NCBI GenBank assembly: GCA_951406725.2
Contig: OX597820.1
Location: 108,314,001-108,378,000 of the forward strand
Direction of reading: 5' to 3'
Source: Octopus vulgaris
Taxonomy: Eukaryota
Length of the DNA: 64,000 nucleotides
This document shows, in pieces, positions 54,997 through 64,000 of the stretch; within the stretch, counting starts at the first letter, position 1; the number at the start of each line of letters is the position of its first letter. The position numbers were made by a program, and so were the translations under genes. The notes under the pieces are model-generated. The model was not told the DNA's origin. It worked only from the letters and a program-made list of their open reading frames with translations, and did no database searches.

Positions 54997-55959
54997 TTTC
55001 ATATAGGTTTTCCAACAATGCAAAGTTCTCAAATCAATTAATAACATCTTAGAGAGTGTAAATATACCGATAAAGTTGTAGATGTGAGTTTCAGGAACTT
55101 GAAGCAAGATGCCAAGTAGACCAAGATTGAATTCATATATGCTTTCCAACAATGTAAAGTTCTCAAATTAATTAGTGACATCCCAGAGAAGGTAAATATA
55201 CCGATAAAGTTGTGGATATAAATTTCAGGAAACATGAAGAAAGATGCGAGTCAGACCAAGTTTGCATCTAACTGTTGCAAGAAAAAATTTCTTTAGTGGT
55301 AGGAATGATAGTAGGGTAGGTCCAGGAAGCTGATTAGCTGGACAAAAGAACAGAAAGAGAAAAAAAAAATTTGGGGGGTGTAAAAGGAACAAAGACAGAG
55401 TGACACTAAAAAGAAAGGTCAGCCTATTTCTATGGTGACAGAAATTATAGTTCTTAAGAGATTGCAAGGTTGACCACACCTTGCTTTCAAATGAAAGCCA
55501 TCAGAATTTATAGTGGGAGTTAGGAGAAAGAAAGATCTAAGGAAAACTATAAGAGGGTCTTAGGTTATCGGTAGAGAAAGATACAGCAAGAAAATCAAGG
55601 TTAACACTAGAATAGAAGGCTATTTTTATTTTTGTTTTTATTTTAAATTTTATTTTTATATGGTAAGAAAGTATCTAGATCACTATCTAGAGGTCAATTA
55701 GAATCAATAGCAAATGGTAGGGGAACTGTACCTATTCAAATTTATAGTGAAAATCAAATATGTAACTAAGAGAATAGTATTACATGTTAAATTTAGAATA
55801 GAATTGGGAAAATTTGCAAATCTATGATTTAAGTAAGGTTAGTTTAGTTGACTATAAAGTCAATTAAAAGCTAGCATAGTACAAATTTCTATTTATTATA
55901 TTAAAAAGATACAGTTAGAAAGAACAACAATAGGAGAACTTCAAATTTCTATTTGAAAT

Positions 55960-57640
55960 ATTTTAAAGTTTTGATTTTTGAATGAATACAAGACAGACCT
56001 AACTCTAGACGATTATTTAGTAGATTTTTATTTTTTCTATACTTTAAAATCTCATAGGTCTCCATAGAACAGAGTTGGCAGCCTACCCTATTATTTCTGT
56101 AAGGTATTGCCCTTCTAACTATTTCCCATTTTAGGTTATATTTAATGTTATTATTTTTGAGATCCCAAATTTTTCTAGATAGTGTAGTGCAACCTGCTTT
56201 ATGATCTAATCAGAAAGAGGAAAGATGATTGTTAATTCTCTGTTTAAAATTAATAGAACAACGATGTAAAAAAAGTTACTATTAGAAGTTGTTATAGTAC
56301 ATTTATAGATTACATTTTGGACTGAACAATGACCAGATGCCGGACAATTTGATCTAATCCTACAATTGCAACTAGGGGGATAATTATCAGATTTGGAATT
56401 ATTTAAGGACAGATCTGTTATTGCTGTTATTCAAATTATTATAAATATTATTTTCATTATTATAGGTAATATTGTTATCTAAAGTGGGGTTAGTATTTAT
56501 TGATCCATTTACACTATCATTCACATCCACCATAACAGTACCTCTATTACCTACATTATTGATATTGCTATTATTATTATTTGTATTTATATCAAAGTAA
56601 TTATTACTGCTATAGATATAATTGCTATCATTATTTTCGGTATTATTTTATTTATATTATCCTTATTTTTATCATTATAATTATTTCTATTAATATTACT
56701 GATATTATTGTTATTGATGTTGCTCTCATTTTGATAATTATTATTATTATTATTTTTATTTTTGATACTATTATTATAATTGCTATTCATGTTGATACTA
56801 ATCTTACTACTCCTGGCTAACTTAATGTTTTTACTATTAATTCTAGCTACTATAGTGGACATATTTGGGAGGGTTGAATAAGAAATCCTAACTGTTCTCT
56901 TAGAAATTATTCTATGATATTTATGAGAGGCTGGAAAATTTTTTTCTAGTATAGATTTGAATCTACTGTATACATTCAATAAAATCGTACAGTTAAAAGG
57001 AATATTTAGCCAAATGATATTTTCTTAAATTAGAGTTAGGGTGAGATGTGTTATTACTGTTCTCACGAGAATTATTATTCGTATTACTTTTATTTGTATG
57101 TTTTTTAGATTTATCTAGATTAGTTTTTTCAAAGTTACCTATGCACTGGTTAATATTTTTATTCATATAATTTGGTTTGTACACTGGATTTTTCGTCACC
57201 ATAAATCTATTTTTATGTCGGGCACGATAGTTATTCTTGTTTACGTAGTTAATATTCTCTTCCTTGTTTGGAAGATACAAACTATCCTTATCGAGAAAGG
57301 TAATTTCATGGTTGTATCCTGCTTTAGATAATGCAGTATTATAGTGTTTAGAGTGAGAATTGAATATATCACTATTAGATGACAGTTTGGAAATTCTTAG
57401 GGAAATATTTCTAACTAATAATTTTATTATATTAGGGGGATGATTAGATAATTTATTTACATATCTAGTGATTTCACCTTCCTTTCTAAATGGGTAATGT
57501 AGCTTAGAGTTAAGGTCTAAGGTGATATCTAGGAAATTGACTATCTTAGTGCCAGGTTCATAAGTTATGCTAAGGTTAAAATCTTTAAAGAACTTATTAA
57601 TTTTCTTTTTAATCCTTTCAATGCTGTAATTCAGGGATTT
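55960..57640 (-). mobile_element. Second Penelope-like element, 5'-truncated (RT thumb + Asn-rich linker + GIY-YIG)
   Basis: VNFLDITLDL..YVNKLSNHPPNI, NFPASHKYHRIISKRTVRISYSTLPN, CNCRIRSNCP..C..NVIYKC and KWEIVRRAIPY. Confidence 0.85.
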
Positions 57641-58319
57641 CTCTTTTTATGCACCTTAATAAATATGCACCTACTAAATTAGTTATCTCAGCTGAATCGC
57701 TGGAACGATTATATTTAAAAAAAATTTTTTTTTTTACTTGTTTCAGTCATTTGACTGTAGCCATGCTGGAGCACCGCCTTTAGTCGAGCAAATCGACCCC
57801 AGGACTTATTCTTTGTAAGCCCAGTACTTATTCTATCGGTCTCTTTTGCCGAACCGCTAAGTGACGGGGACGTAAACACACCAGCATCGGTTGTCAAGCA
57901 ATGCTAGGGGGACAAACACAGACACACACACACACATATATATATACATATATACGACAGGCTTCTTTCAGTTTCCGTCTACCAAATCCACTCACAAGGC
58001 ATTGGTCGGCCCGGGGCTATAGCAGAAGACACTTGCCCAAGATGCCACGCAGTGGGACTGAACCCGGAACCATGTGGTTGGTTAGCAAGCTACTTACCAC
58101 ACAGCCACTCCTGCGCCTATATATATATATACATGTGTCTTCTTTCAGTTTCCATTTACCTAACCCACTCTCAAGGCTTTGGTTGCCCCGAGGCTATAGT
58201 AGAAGACACTTGCCCAAGGTGCTATGCAGTGGGACTGAACCCAGAATTATATATATATGCATACATGGATGTATATATATACATATAAAATATATATCCA
58301 TTTGTGTGTATATATATAT

Positions 58320-59412
58320 ATCATCTTCGTCGTTTAACGTCCACTTTCTATGCTGGCATGGATTGGACGATTTGACTGAGGACTGGCGAGCCAGAAGGCT
58401 GCACCAGGCTCCAATCTGATCTGGCAAAGTTTCTACTGCTAGATGTCCTTCTTAATGCCAACCACTCTGAGAGTGTAGCGGGTGCTTTTACGTGCCACCG
58501 GCACGAGGGCCAGTCAGCTGGTTCTGGCAATGATCACACACAAAAGGTGTTTTTTTATGTGCTACCTGCATGGGAGCCAGTTCGGTGGCACTGGCAACAG
58601 CCACACACAAATGTTGTTTTTCATGTGCTGGTAAGGCAACGATCATGCATGAATGGTGCTTTTTACGTTCCACTGGCACGAGTGCCAATCAGGTGGTACT
58701 GGCATCGGCCATGTCAGTGATTTTGATTTCACTTGCCTCAATAGGTCTTCACAAGCAAAGTTTATTGTCCAGTGAATGAGGGGTACTCATAAAAGTGGGC
58801 TGGTTACACCCACTGGCATAGACCATGATCTATAGAATCACTTGGCTTATCAGGTCTTCTCAAGTACAGCATATCTCCAAAGGTCTCAGTCACTAGTCAT
58901 TGCCTTGGTGAGGCCCATTGTTCGAAGGTCATGCTTCACCACCTCATCGCAGGTCTTCCTGGGTCTACCTCTTCCACAGTTCCCTCAACTGCTAGGGTGT
59001 GACACTTTTTCACACAGCTGTCCTCATTCATTCGCAACATATGACCACACCAGCGCAGTCGTCTCTCTTGCACACCACATCTGATGCTTCTTAGGTCCAA
59101 CTTTTCTCTCAAGGCACTTACATTCTGTTGTGTATGCACACTGACATTACACATCCATCGGAGCATACTGGCGTCATTTCTTGCAATCTTAGGCATGTCC
59201 TCAGCAGTCACAGTCAATGTTTCCCTGCCATGTAGCATGGCTGTTCGTACACATGCATCATATAGTCTACCTTTTACTCTGAGCAAGAGGCCGTTTGGCA
59301 CAAGCAAAGGTAGGAGCTCTCTGAACTTTGCCCAGGCTATTCTTATTCTAGCAGCTACACTTTCAGAGCATCCACCCGCTGCTACTGACTTGATCCCTAG
59401 GTAACGGAAGCT
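58320..59412 (-). mobile_element. RTE LINE 3' fragment
   Basis: KGRLYDACVRTAMLHG and RLRWCGHMLRM, homologous to 53900-54600. Confidence 0.88.
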
Positions 59413-59481
59413 AAACTTACTTGGAAATGGATGGGTGGCGTTAAATTAAATAATAATATAAATTTTATATATATATACATT

Positions 59482-59527
<46 letters not shown>

Positions 59528-60449
59528 TGGAAATGGATGCATGGCATTCAATTAAATAATAATATAAATAATATATATATATATACATAAATAAATATAT
59601 GTATGTATATACTAGCTAGTGTACTCGGTAATTCTCGGGGGTGAAGATGTTCTATTACTCTGATATAAGAAAACAATTTCGTTATAACTGCCACAAAAGG
59701 CATATTTTCCATCACGAAAAAGTACATGGTGAGAGAGGCTTTTGGAGGTTGGCGATAGGCAAAGACATTATTCTGCTTAGTGAAGGCATCTGCGAAATAC
59801 GTAACTGCTGTCATTCACAGAAAAAGTATTGTTTTACTGAGAAAAGAGCCGTTAATGTGTTAAGAGAAATTTGGGAATCAAGGATCGAATCCATGCTATG
59901 CCTGCATGAAGCCACTACAAATACGTTGTGAAATAAGAAATTTATCTACTGTCATGGAAAAAGTGTAACTGTAAAAATGCAGAATTATTGGAGCAATGGG
60001 CATTCAAAAAAGTATGTATGCATAGAAATGTATGAATGAAGTCTTGAAGGTTTAAGATTCAAATTAAGGAAGTGCAATAATAATGTTTAGCTGTTCAAAG
60101 CTGTGAGTAGTGAAATGCAGAATTAGGTTGGCTGATCATGAGAATCAAATATTGATTGCTTCGCTAAAATTCTGCAGGTGGTATAGGTTATTTCCCTTGA
60201 GTTGTTTAAATAAAATATTAGTAATATGTAGTAGATAGAATGATCCATTAAAAGGGCCCTTTTATCGACTTTTTTTCAACAATCTAAGTATGTCATAATG
60301 TTTCCAGACATGAGTTCTACTCACTTGTCAAAGTATAAAAGTGATATTGTCTGCAAAAATTATATATAGGATGCACAAAAAAAATCAATATTCAAAGTAA
60401 TTGAACATAAACAATGAAATGGGATATTTCCCTTAAGTGTTTAAATAAA

Positions 60450-61010
60450 ATATTGTACAGGTGGTATGGGTTATTTCCCTTGGGTGTTTAAAAAAATTAG
60501 TTATATGAGGTAGATGTAAAGGTCCCTTCCAGTGGCTGTATTATTGATTTATTCAACTAAGTATGTCATGAGGTTTCCAGACATGAGTTCTACTCGTGTT
60601 AAATTTCATCAAAATCAATAAAACAATATAGGGGGAGCTAGCTAACAAAGCCACAAACACACCTATTTTCCACATATGTAATTATATATATATATATATA
60701 TATATTAGAAATGGATGCATGGCATTCAATTAAAAAATGATATAAATGATATATATATATATATATCTACTACATATGTGGAAATCTGTGGATGTATTGG
60801 TTTGTGGCGTAGTTATCTAACTCCTACATCAGTTTATCGATTTAGATGAAACTTGCTATGTGAGTAGAACTCATTCCTGGAAAACTAGTGACATACTTAG
60901 ATTGTTGAAAAAAAATCAATAATAGTGCTCCTGGAAGGGATTCTAATATCTACTACATATAACTAGTGTATTATTTCTAAATATCCAAGGGAAATAACCC
61001 ATTCACTCCT
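60450..61010. repeat. Inverted pair of a dispersed element (also at 10765-10990)
   Basis: TACATATGTGGAAA..ACATACTTAG..AAGGGAAATAACCCAT occurs on minus (about 60460-60680) and on plus (about 60770-61003). Confidence 0.75.
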
Positions 61011-61699
61011 GAAAGGGATCCTTATATATATCGAAGGGAAATAACCCATTCATGTTCATAAATTATTTCGTATAAATCAAATTGAGTAAGCTTATTTCTT
61101 ATAATTTGAACTATTTGAGTTATTTTTCGCAATTTATCCAGTACAACGCTTAAACAAGTAAATACTATTTTCCTAAACAATAGAACCACTTTTTTTGGTT
61201 AGTGACTTATTCAAGAATATACCAACACTAGCGCTGCTGAGGGTAATATTCTCTGTGAATGCACAAAAGCATTTTTCAGAGTTATTTACTTTGAATTGTT
61301 ATTGTCTCATATCCGATTAGCCTGTTATCACGTAACATGCTTTATGATTTTTGTATACATACCTTACTAGTATTCTCTCCTAAGTTCTATATACCCTAGG
61401 AACATATTAAAGCCCCTTTTGGGGCTACAATTTCATGTTATTACATAACTGACTTCACAATTTGGGTATTCATAACTTATTGGGAATTCCTAAAAACAAG
61501 ATCCTGTGTAAGACAGTTTGGTATTCTCAATAAATGCATAAAAGCCGTTTTAAGGGCTACATACTTTCTATTGTTGGTACTGGATTAGTGAAACAATAAT
61601 GAGAATGGAACAAAGGGATAAGCCCCGCTTTCCTGTGAATTACTGGTACATCAGCTAGTATATTTATATGTATATATAAACTTAGTTGGAAAGGGATAC

Positions 61700-61754
<55 letters not shown>

Positions 61755-61765
61755 TATACACATAT

Positions 61766-61846
<81 letters not shown>

Positions 61847-62474
61847 TATATATGCATATATGTGTACAGGATGTCACCAACAGTAAACAACATGAAATAG
61901 AAAAACAAAGGAGTTAAATATGCAAATAACAAGAGAAAAAAAGGACAAGTAATACAAAGAATGACCCTTCATCAGTTGTCGGCTGTCTATCTACTCCCCA
62001 TTTCGAGCAACCAACGACAGTATGAGTCTTCGAAGACAGTTGTTCCCATAAATACGAAAATAAAATTTTGGGTTTATGGAGGATCAAAGTTAGGAACAAA
62101 AAGAGGACAGTGGAGACATACAGGAAAACCAAACGAAAACAAACATGGAGGGTCGTTAGACCTGAACAAGTGGAAAATAGTGCATGCTGAGGGAAATATT
62201 TTCTTTGAAAAGAGAAAAAACAGAAGAAAGAGATAGGAGACATCCAATACTGAGAATATCCATGCAGGAAAGAAAGGTAGTCACATGAGGAAAAGAAAGA
62301 TGGATGATAGTCACTTGTGAGTAACAAGAGAGAGAGAGACAGATAGAAAATGGTGAAAGGGAGAAAAAGGGAATTAAAGAGGGTAGGGAAGAAAAGAGTA
62401 TAGAGTAGAGTTGCTTCAAAAAGGTTAAGATAAACTTACTTGGAAATGGATGCGTGATGTTCAATTAAATGATA

Positions 62475-62516
<42 letters not shown>

Positions 62517-62576
62517 TACTTGGAGAATAAGAACGGAACAAATCGAATCGAATCGACGCGAGGGCGCTGTCATACA

Positions 62577-62934
62577 ATAGTGTAATAAATAAAATATATG
62601 CATACATACATATATGTACGTACCTACATCTACATGTATATATACATGCATATATAAATATATATACGCGAGTACAGGACATGACAACTAGACGTAGAAC
62701 GAAACGAAAACGGAAAAACAAGCATGGAACAAACCATTTTTTCTGTTTTTCTGTTGTAAAAAAATGGTTTGTTCCATGCTTGTTTTTCCGTTTTCGTTTC
62801 TCGTTGAGTTCTACGTCTAGTTGTGGTGTCCTGTACTCACGTATATATATTTATATATGCATGTATATATACATGTAGATGTAGGTACGTACATATATGT
62901 ATGTATGTATGCATATATTTTATTTATTACACTA
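62577..62934. repeat. Long hairpin (about 170-bp arms, about 16-nt loop)
   Basis: TAGTGTAATAAATAAAATATATGC..GGAACAAACCATTTTTT is mirrored by AAAAAATGGTTTGTTCC..GCATATATTTTATTTATTACACTA, with few mismatches or indels. Confidence 0.92.
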
Positions 62935-63387
62935 TATATATATATATATATATACAGATACACACACACAAATGCATATATATATATATTGTATATCTAT
63001 AATATAAATTGAACATGGGCGATCGTTGTATTCTTTCTTGTCTTGAAGTTCACAGCCAAACAGCCAGGTGGATTCGCGTGAAAAATGGCACACATGTGGA
63101 GATGGATGTATAGATTGGAATGTAGTTTGTATTTTTTTCCTAGCCCCCAAGAAAATTGATTAAAACTTTTCTAATGGAATTCCCCCACCAACATACATAA
63201 CCTCTCTCTCCTTTTCTCTGTTACTCACTCGCACATTCTTTCACAACAAGTGAATAACAAAATTTCAGTTAAATCTCTTGTCCATCTTGCACACCCCATC
63301 AAACACACACACATGCTCTCTCTGTCTCACACGCACATGCTCTCTCTCTCTCACACACTCATGCTCTCTCTCTCTCACACACTCATG

Positions 63388-63419
<32 letters not shown>

Positions 63420-64000
63420 TGCATGCACATCAATTCTTCCGCATCACACCAACTTCAAAAGAACTTCACTCATACTATCTGTCTCTTTCGCTTTCACAGC
63501 GACTTCAAAAGATCCCCTTTTCACCCCTCCAGAGATAAACACAAACCACCTCATGCTGACTGCAAAAATCCCGCCAAATTAGCCGGAAAAACACACACGT
63601 CCATTTCATATATCTTCTTTCAATTTCTGCTCTCTGATTACACAGATGTCCAATACAATAGCTCTCACCTACATTTTGTTCTCTAAAAAGGTATGTGTCT
63701 ATTTTTTCTATAAGTGTATAACAATGACTTCTTCCACACTTCTCCACTTCAACTTTTATCTTCATTTTTCTTAAATTGGATATGTTTGCTATTAAGTTGC
63801 AGAACTTTGGCAGTACAGTTAAAAATCATTTCTGCTTTACATCTTACATACAGTTTTCCCGTAAATTCTTACAGCTTCATTTTTTGATGATGCTTGAAAT
63901 GACAAACATTTTCTAACTGTTTAAGCAATTCTTAACGTCAACTTCTTAATGCCTCTTCTGTTTTTTTCCTAGCACCCATACTTACTGAGAAAATCGATTA

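Noticed and set aside
59641-60050. Helitron Pif1 helicase remnant next to a CTAG terminus
   Set aside because: Only faint motif echoes (MTVDK, VASCR) are visible, which is not supportable by eye.

Overview
Eukaryotic, AT-rich, microsatellite-laden DNA. The SINE, RTE and (TA)n landscape strongly suggests a coleoid cephalopod (Octopus-like); this is inferred, not verified. Most of the window is decayed mobile DNA: Penelope-like elements, RTE LINEs and partner SINEs, CRE- and Hero-like fragments, mariner, piggyBac-like and Merlin remnants, Helitron-like units and foldback repeats. Host-gene content is small but unusual. (1) An intact, single-coding-exon, divergent BUD23/WBSCR22-like SAM methyltransferase (7052-7876, -) has gained a mitochondrial-presequence-like N-terminus and lost the BUD23 C-terminal tail. 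(2) A second ATG-to-splice-donor frame starts about 160 nt after its stop. (3) A CpG-enriched, probably bidirectional promoter at about 45.2 kb drives a WHEP-encoding first exon, most likely of histidyl-tRNA synthetase. (4) A duplicated, charge-altered copy of that 96-nt exon lies 11.3 kb upstream. Several minimal Penelope-type hammerhead ribozyme motifs and many long inverted repeats are also visible. All calls come from reading by eye, and repeat boundaries are approximate.
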